From the IMG/VR virus record IMGVR_UViG_3300017448_000045, positions 1 to 26,268 of that record: 26,268 bases of DNA; one strand, given 5' to 3'. The translations under genes were made by a program, and so were the position numbers. Below the pieces are notes generated by a model. That model was not told where the DNA came from. It searched no databases and saw nothing but the letters and a program-made list of their open reading frames with translations. Source of the stretch: a virus (Duplodnaviria > Caudoviricetes). Shown piece by piece: positions 13,396-22,092 of the stretch; positions within the stretch are counted from its first letter, which is position 1, and each line of letters opens with the position of its first letter.

Positions 13396-16300
13396 CTACG
13401 AACTCACGCCCCGCACCAGCGCCGCGGAATCTTTCTTGATACAGGCAATCCATTTTTCCAACTGGAACCAGGAGTTCACCGCATTCGTCGAAACCGTCAT
13501 GAAGAAACGCTCGCCGTGGATGTTGAGCGGCCGCTCGCCGTCGCCCACCGGGTTTAAGGAAAGCGTGTAGCCGCGCAAAATGGTCGAGCGTTGCGCCGTG
13601 CCCACCGCCAGATTCAGCGTGCCCGAGCCCATGGCGCGGAACTTTAAATAGCCGAAAAGTTTTCGGTGCATGCGGAGCTGGTACTGCTGCTCTTCCATCG
13701 ACGAAGGCAGAGGGTAGCTCTGGTAGATTCCGTTGACGGCCGCTCCATCGTCGGAACCTTGAATCGAAATATCCTGCTGCCAGAAAACCGTGCCGTTCGC
13801 CACTCCGCCGAAGAAAGGTTGCGCGGTGCCGTCGGCGCGTTCGGCGAACCACATCGAGTTCGCGGCGATATTCCAGATGGCCCAGCGGCGGCCGCGGCCG
13901 TGCGCCAGAATCTTTCCGGTGAATGAGGAGTAAGTCACCAGCGGGGAAGCGGCGATGTCTTCCGCGTTGTCGAGCCAGCGGTAGTCCATCATGAAGACGA
14001 CGTTCGGCGTAGTCGCTCCGTTGATGGGCGCGCCGATTAAAATCATCTTGTTTACTTTGTCGATTCGTACCCACATGGTCGAGGCGAACGCCCAGTTGAT
14101 CGACGCCCAGGAAGTGCGGCCGGTGAAGCTCGCATCCAATTGAATCTCCGGAGTGATCTTCGCCGGATCCGATCCCCAGCACAGATAAAGTCCACTGCGT
14201 TCGGCGAACACCGCCCACTCTTCGTTCCAGTCCACCGCGTTCGGCCCGCAGATGCCGACCGTCGCTGAGACTTCGGTGAAGGTCCACGAAGCCGGCTCAT
14301 TCACTCCGTCATCGGTCACGTAGCCGAGGTAGTGATCTTTCGCCAGGTAGAGCGAGTTGCGCAGAGGGAATCCGGCGCGCAGTTGCTGGCCGTCGCCGGC
14401 GCGGATCTGCACTTGCCCGGTGATGGAGTCAAACGATTCCGGATTGAAGGCGCGCGAGATCCGCGCGGTCGAGGAATTGTAAGGGGTGAGCGTGGGAAAG
14501 GGCTCGATGGAATCGATGATGACCTGGCCGCCCGCAACCGGCGTGTCGTCCACGCAATACACGCAGAGCATTAAATCGGCCGGGGGATTCGCCAGGGGCG
14601 CGTCGGTGAGCGTCGCAATGAATTCCTGGTAAGTTCCCGTCAGCTGCGCCGTCGTGACCACCAGGCCGGTGGTCGAGAGTCCCAGCGAGACGCTTTGCAG
14701 GTTGATGTGAAATTGCGCGCTGAGGCTCAGGTTCGCCGACTTCTTCAGCCGCACTCGCACGCTGTAGCCGGTGGCGCTTTGAATGATGGCCACACCCAGG
14801 GAATCCTGATAGGCGGATTGTTTGATCATCCCGAAGGTCGCGGGATACACGCCACTCGCCGCTTCGGTGATCACGTAGCCATCGGCCCAGTCGCCTAAAT
14901 TCGTTCCGGCGCTTCCACCCGCACCGAAAGTTACATCCGGCGTCCATCCATTCGGCACCAGGCCGGTGAATCCGCCATCGAAGGTCAGGTTCTGGAAGTT
15001 GGGAACCTTGTTGCGTTCGCCAAGCCACACCCCGCGCGAGTTGTAGGGCAGCATGAAGGCGCACTCGCCCAGCTCTAATTCGGAAAATAAATATTCGGCG
15101 TTGAAGCCTGAGATCAGAATCGAATCCAGAAAGTCCACGTAGGCGACCGTGGTCACGTTGTCCGGGATCAGCATGACTGAAGATGGGCTGAGCGCCGTCG
15201 AGCCGTTAGGCAGGGAATAAAATGTGCCGGTCACTGCGGGCGCTACGATGACGGGCGTGAAAATCAAAAGCCGCTGCTGCACGTTGGACGGCCCGGTTGG
15301 AATGCCGGAGACGATGACGCGCTTTCCGCCCGCCGAGGTCCAGAAAGCCCAGGGCATCGCTTGCGTGATGAAGCCTTGCCGGGTGATGAACGCGACCGAA
15401 ACGTTGTGCCGGCCGGCGACGATGTTGCCCACAATGGTGAGCGTTCCCCCTCCACTGTTAGCGAGCACTGGAAATCCGGGAATGGCAACATACAAATCAG
15501 CGACCGGTTTGACCTCGCGTACTTGCCAGGTGCCGTTGTAGCCGGCGATTCCAGCGCCTGCGATGGTCACGCTCAATCCGGGAACAAATTGACCGACCGG
15601 GAAGGGGTTGGCGGTGATCACCAGGTAGTAAGGAACAGCCACCGAGCCGCCCGGCCCGAGAGGCGCAAGTCCGGAAACCGCGGCGACGTAAGTGATGCTG
15701 ACATTGCCGCCAATGAGTAGGGTCACCGAAGAAATCTGCCAGGTGCCGTTGTAGCCCGCGGCCACGCCAGTCACCTGATACTGATCTCCGGGACGAAACT
15801 CGACCGCGGCGTTGGCCCCGAAGAAGCCGGGGGTGGCGACCAGGGTGACGAGGAAACCGTTCTGTGTGGCGCTGGCAACACCGTAAGGACCGTCATTCTG
15901 TAGCCCGATGCCGCCCTGAATGGGATAGGCGGCGTTCTCGTCGACCAAGCCGAGCGATGGTGCGCTTCCTGGTCCAACCTGGCTGACGCGATCCCAGTTG
16001 GTGTCGTCGTATTGCCGCGGGATGTCGCCGCCGCCGAGAGAATTGAAGAACGCCTGGTACTCGCGCCCGAACAAAGTCTGTGATTCACAAAAAAGATTAT
16101 GGTAGGGCCGGGAGTTGATCAGAGTGAGTGTGCCTTGCGGGTTTTCCTTGAACAGATCGCCGAGCGAATCCCAGATCATCAGGCGCTGTCCGCCCGAAGG
16201 AGTGAGATAAGTTTTCAGTCCGTTGATGGATGCGCCCGCCGGGATCGCAGCGCCGGTGAAGACGACGCCTTCGCCCAGTCCGCCGCGCGTGCGCACCCCG

Positions 16301-16425
16301 GCTTGCGGGAACATCACGTCTTGCGCAATGTTGGCAGCGCCCGGCGGCAAATTGGCCGGCACGATGGCCGGACAATAGCCGCCGAACACTTCGACTGGCA
16401 CGTCGATGAGATCGTCGGAGAGCAC
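13396..16425 (-). CDS. Tail nozzle / packaged-DNA stabilisation protein (P22 gp10/T7 gp12-like) with inserted domains
   Basis: FGG...LPPGAANIAQDV...VRTRGG N-terminus, TVGICGPNAV propeller motif, RKLFGYLKF C-terminal domain. 1009 aa. Follows the adaptor. Confidence 0.8.
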   Translation of the reverse strand: MLSDDLIDVPVEVFGGYCPAIVPANLPPGAANIAQDVMFPQAGVRTRGGLGEGVVFTGAAIPAGASINGLKTYLTPSGGQRLMIWDSLGDLFKENPQGTLTLINSRPYHNLFCESQTLFGREYQAFFNSLGGGDIPRQYDDTNWDRVSQVGPGSAPSLGLVDENAAYPIQGGIGLQNDGPYGVASATQNGFLVTLVATPGFFGANAAVEFRPGDQYQVTGVAAGYNGTWQISSVTLLIGGNVSITYVAAVSGLAPLGPGGSVAVPYYLVITANPFPVGQFVPGLSVTIAGAGIAGYNGTWQVREVKPVADLYVAIPGFPVLANSGGGTLTIVGNIVAGRHNVSVAFITRQGFITQAMPWAFWTSAGGKRVIVSGIPTGPSNVQQRLLIFTPVIVAPAVTGTFYSLPNGSTALSPSSVMLIPDNVTTVAYVDFLDSILISGFNAEYLFSELELGECAFMLPYNSRGVWLGERNKVPNFQNLTFDGGFTGLVPNGWTPDVTFGAGGSAGTNLGDWADGYVITEAASGVYPATFGMIKQSAYQDSLGVAIIQSATGYSVRVRLKKSANLSLSAQFHINLQSVSLGLSTTGLVVTTAQLTGTYQEFIATLTDAPLANPPADLMLCVYCVDDTPVAGGQVIIDSIEPFPTLTPYNSSTARISRAFNPESFDSITGQVQIRAGDGQQLRAGFPLRNSLYLAKDHYLGYVTDDGVNEPASWTFTEVSATVGICGPNAVDWNEEWAVFAERSGLYLCWGSDPAKITPEIQLDASFTGRTSWASINWAFASTMWVRIDKVNKMILIGAPINGATTPNVVFMMDYRWLDNAEDIAASPLVTYSSFTGKILAHGRGRRWAIWNIAANSMWFAERADGTAQPFFGGVANGTVFWQQDISIQGSDDGAAVNGIYQSYPLPSSMEEQQYQLRMHRKLFGYLKFRAMGSGTLNLAVGTAQRSTILRGYTLSLNPVGDGERPLNIHGERFFMTVSTNAVNSWFQLEKWIACIKKDSAALVRGVSS
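15524..15756. repeat. Exact 20-bp intragenic direct repeat (GYNGTWQ x2)
   Basis: tgccaggtgccgttgtagcc at 15524-15543 and 15737-15756, marking a tandem domain duplication. Confidence 0.85.
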
Positions 16426-16450
16426 GAAAAGGAAAGAGAGAAAAACTGTG

Positions 16451-16861
16451 TTAGAGGTTCTTGGTGAAGACCGCCATGAACGCGATGATGTCGCCGGTGT
16501 ACTGCGACTCGTAAGCGGCGGCGGCGTGTTCAGTGGCGGGAGTGGCGAGAACGGCGACCTTCAGTTTCGCGCCGGTGGCGGGGCTGATGATGGCGGGCGA
16601 GCCGGCCTTCACGCAGACGGTGTCGTAATCGGTGTAGTTCGGACCGATCTGCGAGCCGCCCATCGACCATACGTCGAGATTCAGCAGCGCGGAACTTGCG
16701 ATGCCGGCCAGCATGCCGACAAACGACGGATCGGCGACAGCCGCGGCGAAGTTCAGGGGATCGCCGCCCGTGGGATAGTTACCGGAAAGCACGATGAAGC
16801 CGGTCACTGCGACGCAGGCTCCGGTGGCATCGACATTGTTGATTTGCACTTGTGCTGCCAT
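16451..16861 (-). CDS. Putative minor virion/decoration protein (136 aa)
   Basis: Strong SD TAAGGAG. GNYPTGG motif. Ala/Gly-rich beta composition. Confidence 0.65.
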   Translation of the reverse strand: MAAQVQINNVDATGACVAVTGFIVLSGNYPTGGDPLNFAAAVADPSFVGMLAGIASSALLNLDVWSMGGSQIGPNYTDYDTVCVKAGSPAIISPATGAKLKVAVLATPATEHAAAAYESQYTGDIIAFMAVFTKNL

Positions 16862-16904
16862 AGAAATTCTCCTTAGTTACAAATCTGAAAGTTAAATTCT
16901 TTTT

Positions 16905-17678
16905 CTAGCGACAGGAAGATCCGCGCCCTCGCGCCGAATAGGGACGACGTCGTACTTGCTTGCGTTGCCGACGTCGCGCGGAAATCTGGATGCGCAAGAA
17001 GATCTCTTCGTCGGCATGCGCCTTGAACTGCGGGGAGATGAGGCCGCCGCGCGATTCGGCGAAAATCATGGCGGAAAAATAAGCCGCCGCGTTCAGCACG
17101 CCACGAATGGGTACGGGATCGGTGGGGCTGATTAGTCTTGGCAGGTTGGCTTCGCCGACAATCTTTACGTCCTGCGATTGCAGCGCGCCCCGCGTGCGAA
17201 TGCCGTCCGCCTTCCACTCCCAGTCCATTAGGAAACTTTGCTGACTCCCGGAGGGGAGGCCGTTGTTTGGCTGCTCCATTTTGTCGGCTTCGTCGGTTGA
17301 GCCCGTCTGGCGCTCGTAGAGATCGAGGGGCAACAAAAGATTGATGGGTAGTTGCGGCGCGGAAGCGAATACATCGCCCGCGCCGTTCGGGTAAATAATG
17401 TTGCAGCCGGAATCGTCGATCACCATGCGGGCTTCGGGATCGACCGTGGGCATGATGGGCAGCCCGATCAGCCACCAGTCCTGAATGAAAGTCTCGATGC
17501 CGACCTTCGCCAGTTCCAGTTGCACCCGCTCGTAGCCGCCGTTGAGCAGGGTGAAGGTGAAAGGCGCGGAATCGGTGAGGATGTCCCCGCCTGCGACTTC
17601 CGAGTCGTTCACGATCACACGAAGACGGTTTAAAACGTCTTCGGCGGTGTTGTAAGCTGAGGATGAGAGGACGGGCAT
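16905..17678 (-). CDS. Head-tail adaptor (P22 gp4/T7 gp11-like)
   Basis: TAEDVLNRLRVIVND...LLNGGYERVQ N-terminal helices, central beta region, C-terminal helices. Lies upstream of the nozzle. Confidence 0.75.
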   Translation of the reverse strand: MPVLSSSAYNTAEDVLNRLRVIVNDSEVAGGDILTDSAPFTFTLLNGGYERVQLELAKVGIETFIQDWWLIGLPIMPTVDPEARMVIDDSGCNIIYPNGAGDVFASAPQLPINLLLPLDLYERQTGSTDEADKMEQPNNGLPSGSQQSFLMDWEWKADGIRTRGALQSQDVKIVGEANLPRLISPTDPVPIRGVLNAAAYFSAMIFAESRGGLISPQFKAHADEEIFLRIQISARRRQRKQVRRRPYSARGRGSSCR

Positions 17679-17803
17679 GGAAGCGGTTCGATGTAAGTGC
17701 GGCGCCGCGTTGGGAAGAAACGCGCGGACCTGCTTCTGGTGTCGCGCGTATTACGAGTTGACTTCGGATTACGGTCGAAAGTTGATCGACGAAGAAAAAG
17801 CTG

Positions 17804-18676
17804 TTAGCGAGTCGTCGTCGCCGTCTTGACCGGCTCTCCGTATCTCTCCGGGTACATCTTCACTGCGCGGTCCTTCGGCTTCATCGCGCGCAATTCGTTG
17901 ATGCCTTCATCCAGCCAACCCGTGCACTGCGGGCAGGTGAGAATGTCTTCGCGGATTTTCGCGCCGCAACCCGGACAATCGACTAACTGTTCGGCGATGT
18001 AGCACCAAGGCCGTTGCTGGCCCATGCGCGCGCAAGCCTTTTTGTGCAGTTCGGAAATGTTGCGCTTCGAGGCTTCGTTCCCCGCCCACATGGTGTCGCC
18101 TTCGGAGACCAGGCGCTGATCTTCTTTTTGCAGATTCTGTTTTGCCTTGGTGACTTCCGCCTTGGTCACGAGCTTGCGGCAGTCCTCGGTGAACTTCGCC
18201 CGGAGCCGGGTCACGCGCTCGGCCAGCTTTTCTTTCTGGGCCGCGATCTCCGGCGGATCGACCGTGGTCGCGAGCATCATTTTGGTTTTGCGATCGCGCT
18301 TCTGTTTGATCTCCGGAGGGTTGTCGTTCAAAAAAGCTCGCTCTTCGTCGATCGCGGCCAGTAAATCCTTCGGGATGTCGGGCGAGGCTTCGCACAAGAA
18401 CAAGCCCCACTTCTCGGCTCCCGCGGGTTGCCCGGCAGTGTGCGCGGCGGCGTCGGAGTTTTTCCCGATGATGTCGAGCGCCACGGAAAGCGATGCGGGC
18501 CAGTGCTCAGTCTTCGCCTGGTTGCCCACATCCTGAATTTCGTGTGCATTGTAGATCGCCAGAATGCCGAATTCTTCTGACAGCTTTTTCGCGGGGACGA
18601 TATATGTCCCGGCCAGCCCATTCATGTGAAGGTGCTCGGTATCGGAGACGTTGATGATGATGCGTGCGTCTAACAT
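17804..18676 (-). CDS. Hypothetical protein with C-terminal Zn ribbon (290 aa)
   Basis: SD GAGGAGG before ATG 18676. CPGCG...CPQC motif. Central coiled coil. Confidence 0.85.
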   Translation of the reverse strand: MLDARIIINVSDTEHLHMNGLAGTYIVPAKKLSEEFGILAIYNAHEIQDVGNQAKTEHWPASLSVALDIIGKNSDAAAHTAGQPAGAEKWGLFLCEASPDIPKDLLAAIDEERAFLNDNPPEIKQKRDRKTKMMLATTVDPPEIAAQKEKLAERVTRLRAKFTEDCRKLVTKAEVTKAKQNLQKEDQRLVSEGDTMWAGNEASKRNISELHKKACARMGQQRPWCYIAEQLVDCPGCGAKIREDILTCPQCTGWLDEGINELRAMKPKDRAVKMYPERYGEPVKTATTTR

Positions 18677-19059
18677 GGTTCCTCCTCGATCGCGCCTGCG
18701 GAGATTCCGCATTCGCGTAGAAAATCTTCGTCGGTCACTTGCTTTTTCTTGAGTATCCGAATCGCGTCCTGCTGTAAATCGTATTCGGTATAAGGGCGTT
18801 GCTCGTCAAGGGCGCTGCGGAGCCCATGCTGTTCGAGCGCGTTCATTTCTTGAATGTCGATAATCTTCCCATCGACAATCAATTCGACATCGACACCGCA
18901 AGGACAGCGCCAGAAGCCGCTCAGCACGCCGAGGGTAGCGGACATGATTTGAATCTTTTCGCAGTTCGCGCAAATCCAGCTACAGCCAGTGGCCGAGGGA
19001 TACACCTTGCACGGCAGTAGAATCCCGCTGCGCTGCACGAAGACGGCAATCTCTTTCAC
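18670..19059 (-). CDS. Hypothetical Cys-motif protein (129 aa)
   Basis: GTGA start/stop overlap at 19056-19059 with SD GGGGGAG. CANC...CPC motif. C-terminal DEDFLRECGIS. Confidence 0.7.
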   Translation of the reverse strand: MKEIAVFVQRSGILLPCKVYPSATGCSWICANCEKIQIMSATLGVLSGFWRCPCGVDVELIVDGKIIDIQEMNALEQHGLRSALDEQRPYTEYDLQQDAIRILKKKQVTDEDFLRECGISAGAIEEEPC

Positions 19060-19733
19060 TTCGACTCCCCCGGCACGGTCACAAACGCTTCTCCCGCGTA
19101 GGGCCGCATCCCGTCTTTCATGATGTCGATGGCGCGGCGGGTGAAGCCCTGCTCTTCTCTTTGCAATCGCTGCTCGATCGCGGCCTTGCGCTGCACCATC
19201 GAAAAGCGTTCCGTTCCCGCTTTCACCAGCGCGGCCAGATGGGAAACGACAGCCGCCGAAAGCGGCAGCGGTTTTCCGTCGCTTGACAAATCCGTGGTCA
19301 GGGGAAACACCAGCTCGTACTCTCCACGCGAAGGGAATTCTCCGGCAGTATCGACGGTGAGTCCGGCAATCACTTCCTCGCCCTGTTTGCGCCACATCTC
19401 CGGCGATCCGTAGTCTTCGGGCGGGCACCATTTTTCCAGATGCCAGCAGTTTGCGGGAAGATATTTCGGAACCTGCCGCGTTTCGATCTTCGATTCCTTG
19501 AGCCGGATAAATTCGCGGGTCTCGGTGTGCCCGGTTAATTTGTCGGTGAGTTTGGCTTGGGTGTGCTCCCACTCCTGCCACTCTCCGGACATCAGCACGA
19601 TGCGGTTGTAGCCCCAGATGGCGCGAAACATGGCTTCCCCGTAGCGGTTCACGCCTCCGGCGATCTTCAGTTCGTGGGCGACGTTCTCCGGGCAAGCGTG
19701 GAGTTCGACGGCTTCTTTGGAGTTGTGTTTCAT
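19056..19733 (-). CDS. Hypothetical phage protein (225 aa)
   Basis: ATGA overlap with the upstream gene. GGVNRYGEAMFRAIWG and WHLEKWCPPEDYG motifs. Confidence 0.85.
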   Translation of the reverse strand: MKHNSKEAVELHACPENVAHELKIAGGVNRYGEAMFRAIWGYNRIVLMSGEWQEWEHTQAKLTDKLTGHTETREFIRLKESKIETRQVPKYLPANCWHLEKWCPPEDYGSPEMWRKQGEEVIAGLTVDTAGEFPSRGEYELVFPLTTDLSSDGKPLPLSAAVVSHLAALVKAGTERFSMVQRKAAIEQRLQREEQGFTRRAIDIMKDGMRPYAGEAFVTVPGESK

Positions 19734-20146
19734 GCGAGTACGGAGGGCCTTAGTTCTCGAGGATACGGGAAGCGTTCAAAGTTTGTCCAGTTGCCGACGA
19801 GGGCCACGGAAGGATGCGAAAGATGAACCACTGAGGCTGGGGATTTTTCGAGAATCATTCCCACACGGGGCGACGACATCAATGCCGGCTCGACGCGACC
19901 GTTTCTCCAGTAGTACCGCAAGGTATCGTAAACCAGTCCACCATCGGGGTTATAAATGCTGAACTGATGTTGCTGATCGAACGACATCAAACCATCTGGC
20001 GCTACTTCCCAGCCTCGCGGCGGTTTCGCGATCACAATCTTTTTCGGAAACGACCAGACCCGGCCCAGCGGAATCACCTGCGTGAGGGCGATCCCGCCGA
20101 GCCCGAGCCCAGCAAGCGATAAGAATCTTCGGCGGTCGAGATTCAT
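19730..20146 (-). CDS. Protein with twin-arginine (Tat)-like N-terminus (138 aa)
   Basis: Start revised to ATG 20146: MNLDRRRFLSLAGLGLGGIAL. Confidence 0.75.
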   Translation of the reverse strand: MNLDRRRFLSLAGLGLGGIALTQVIPLGRVWSFPKKIVIAKPPRGWEVAPDGLMSFDQQHQFSIYNPDGGLVYDTLRYYWRNGRVEPALMSSPRVGMILEKSPASVVHLSHPSVALVGNWTNFERFPYPRELRPSVLA

Positions 20147-20156
20147 GCCGGAAATT

Positions 20157-20594
20157 CTACGCCTTTGGTGTGTCTGGCTTCGGTGACGCCAGTAACGCAT
20201 CGAGTTCGCCTTCGCGTTCCGCGTTTTTCTTGAACAGAATCTTCGCGGCTCCAAAGCGTTCGATGGCGGCTGTGGCCTCGCCTGTGGTCATGCCCTTTTC
20301 CTTCAGGTACTCGGTGGCGAGTTCTTCCGGGGTGGGGGCTTTCTCCGGAACTTCCGGAGCAGGCGCGGCTTCTGGTTGGGGTTCGCTGATGGTGAGCGCC
20401 GTTTGCAAGAAGATTCCGCCATTGTCGGTACGCCTGAGGGCGATGACTTCGGCGGAGAGCTTGGCTTTCGGCGAACACATTTCAAACGGGCCATCGGCGT
20501 CGATGGCGCTGGTCAGGATATGAACGCCGGGATCGACGTCCAACTCCTTCGCCCGTTTCTCGTCAGTTACGACTTCTTTTGTGGTGACGTGCAT
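20157..20594 (-). CDS. Hypothetical protein downstream of capsid (145 aa)
   Basis: SD GAGGAG before ATG 20594. Two domains separated by a Pro/Glu/Ala linker. Confidence 0.8.
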   Translation of the reverse strand: MHVTTKEVVTDEKRAKELDVDPGVHILTSAIDADGPFEMCSPKAKLSAEVIALRRTDNGGIFLQTALTISEPQPEAAPAPEVPEKAPTPEELATEYLKEKGMTTGEATAAIERFGAAKILFKKNAEREGELDALLASPKPDTPKA

Positions 20595-20620
20595 CTGAAT
20601 TCTCCTCTTGTGTGAGTGAC

Positions 20621-20664
20621 GCCATGCCGAGCCTTCTGGCGCGTCCAGCGAGGCCCGGCATCGC
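20621..20664 (-). other. Stem-loop downstream of major capsid gene
   Basis: ATGCCGGGCCT-cg-CTGG-acgcg-CCAG-a-AGGCTCGGCAT. The G-U wobble works on the minus strand. No U-tract, so not a classical terminator. Confidence 0.6.
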
Positions 20665-20697
20665 ATAGTTTTCATCAACCTCGAAACCAACTCAGGC

Positions 20698-21951
20698 TTA
20701 ATATCCGCCGACCGGCAACGCCAACCCATCCCAGAACACGCCGTAGCGCGGCTGGTCCATGAAGACGTTGAAGACGGTGTCGAAGTACTGTAAATAGCCC
20801 GCTTCGAGTCCGCCGGACGCTCCATACACCTGATAGGTGGTCTGGCCGCCGAGTTCGAACATGTCGATCTCTTTGGTGATGCCGCGTCCCCAGTGCTTCA
20901 ACAGGATGATGTCGATGCGCTGGATGGTGGCGTGGATCGAAGTCTTGATGGGGATGCCGCCGAAGGTCTTCGGGGCGTTCCGCTTCAAGGCGTCTTCCGA
21001 GTTGGACCCGGTCACCTGGTTCAGGATGATCGAGCTGATGGTCAACCCGGCGTTCTCCCAGGCCGCTTCCTGGTCTACGTTCATGTAGGCCAGCATGGGC
21101 TCTTCGAAGTTCACGCCCAGCACGCGCCGGAGCTTGTTTTCTCCGAGCCTGCGCAATGCCGGAGTGATGGTCGCTCCGCCGGCCGCGACGTGCGGCGTCT
21201 TGAGCGCTTCCGGATAGGTCGAGCGCGACATGTTGTTCCATGTGCCCGACTGGGAATCGACGTGGTTGTACAGCAGCCCTTCAAGCGAGACCGGATTGGC
21301 TCCGCCCGCTCCCTGGCTGATGTTGATCACCAGCGCATCGGTCACCGAAGTTCCCGGCGGCAGCGCGTTGAAGGTGACGGTTTTGAGCAGCGGATCGACG
21401 GCGATGACCGTCGCCAGTCCCCGTGAAGCGGAAGCCAGTCCGGAAGGATAGAACTGGATGTCCTGGTTGAAATAAAACAGGTTGGGGTTGGTGACGGTGA
21501 CTACGTTGCCGGCGATGGCCGAAATGGTGTCGAGCTGGCCGGTGCCGTTGGTGTTGTAGACGCAGTCGAGGGCGCGCTTGAACATCTTGAGCGCTTCTTC
21601 GACTTCGCGGACCGCGACATCTTCGACTGACTTGTCGTTGCCCTTGCTCGCGTATTCGGCGAGTTTCGAGATTTCGAAGGCGAAGCGGAAATGCAGGGTC
21701 GAGAGCGTTCCCACGTCCCAGGTGGAACCGGAGCCGCGTCCCATGTCGTCGAAATCGGCGGAACCTTGCGAAAATTTCCCGCCGGGACGAATGAGTTGCG
21801 GGAGGCGAATGTTTCGGGTGGACGCATCGACGGAATCGCCGCGCTTGTCGATCAGATCGAGCAGGATAACTTCCTGCTCATACGCGGTCGGAACCGTCTT
21901 GCGCACTTTTTCCAGTTGCAGTGCAACGGAATTTAAATTTTGTGCGGGCAT
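20698..21951 (-). CDS. Major capsid protein (HK97 fold inferred)
   Basis: 417 aa after portal and scaffold. E-loop/spine-helix pattern (FAFEISKLAEYASKG...REVEEALKMFKRALD...NGTGQL). FGGIPIKTS near the C-terminus. Confidence 0.88.
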   Translation of the reverse strand: MPAQNLNSVALQLEKVRKTVPTAYEQEVILLDLIDKRGDSVDASTRNIRLPQLIRPGGKFSQGSADFDDMGRGSGSTWDVGTLSTLHFRFAFEISKLAEYASKGNDKSVEDVAVREVEEALKMFKRALDCVYNTNGTGQLDTISAIAGNVVTVTNPNLFYFNQDIQFYPSGLASASRGLATVIAVDPLLKTVTFNALPPGTSVTDALVINISQGAGGANPVSLEGLLYNHVDSQSGTWNNMSRSTYPEALKTPHVAAGGATITPALRRLGENKLRRVLGVNFEEPMLAYMNVDQEAAWENAGLTISSIILNQVTGSNSEDALKRNAPKTFGGIPIKTSIHATIQRIDIILLKHWGRGITKEIDMFELGGQTTYQVYGASGGLEAGYLQYFDTVFNVFMDQPRYGVFWDGLALPVGGY

Positions 21952-21952
21952 G

Positions 21953-22044
21953 GCATGTCTCCAGAAAGGAAATGTCGAGCGCTTACTGGCCGAGACATGC
22001 GGGACGGCGGGAACCCGTTTCTGGCAGAGGATGCCAGGCGCCGT
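21953..22044 (-). promoter_or_regulatory. Structured 5' leader of the capsid gene, sequestering the SD
   Basis: GCATGTCTC/GAGACATGC (21953-21961 with 21992-22000) overlaps the GGAG SD. Second domain ACGGCG/CGCCGT encloses CTGGCA/TGCCAG. Confidence 0.55.
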
Positions 22045-22092
22045 TTTGGTCTGCGGGAAAAACTAGAAACGAAAAACGAGAAGCAAAACACT

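Noticed and set aside
13277-14287. Long overlapping alternative-frame ORFs (also 19060-19695, 21983-22795, 4785-5585, 3424-4140 and the many plus-strand ORFs)
   Set aside because: Arg/Gly/Ala-rich shadow frames expected in GC-rich coding DNA. No motifs or start signals.
15524-15756. Diversity-generating retroelement TR/VR pair
   Set aside because: Only 20 bp, both copies in frame within one gene, no adenine-specific mismatches and no reverse transcriptase in the window.
20157-20825. Capsid frameshift extension (T7 10B-like) into the downstream ORF, whose frame is open across the capsid 3' end
   Set aside because: It would need a +1/-2 shift with no slippery sequence visible. The downstream gene has its own strong SD at 20594.
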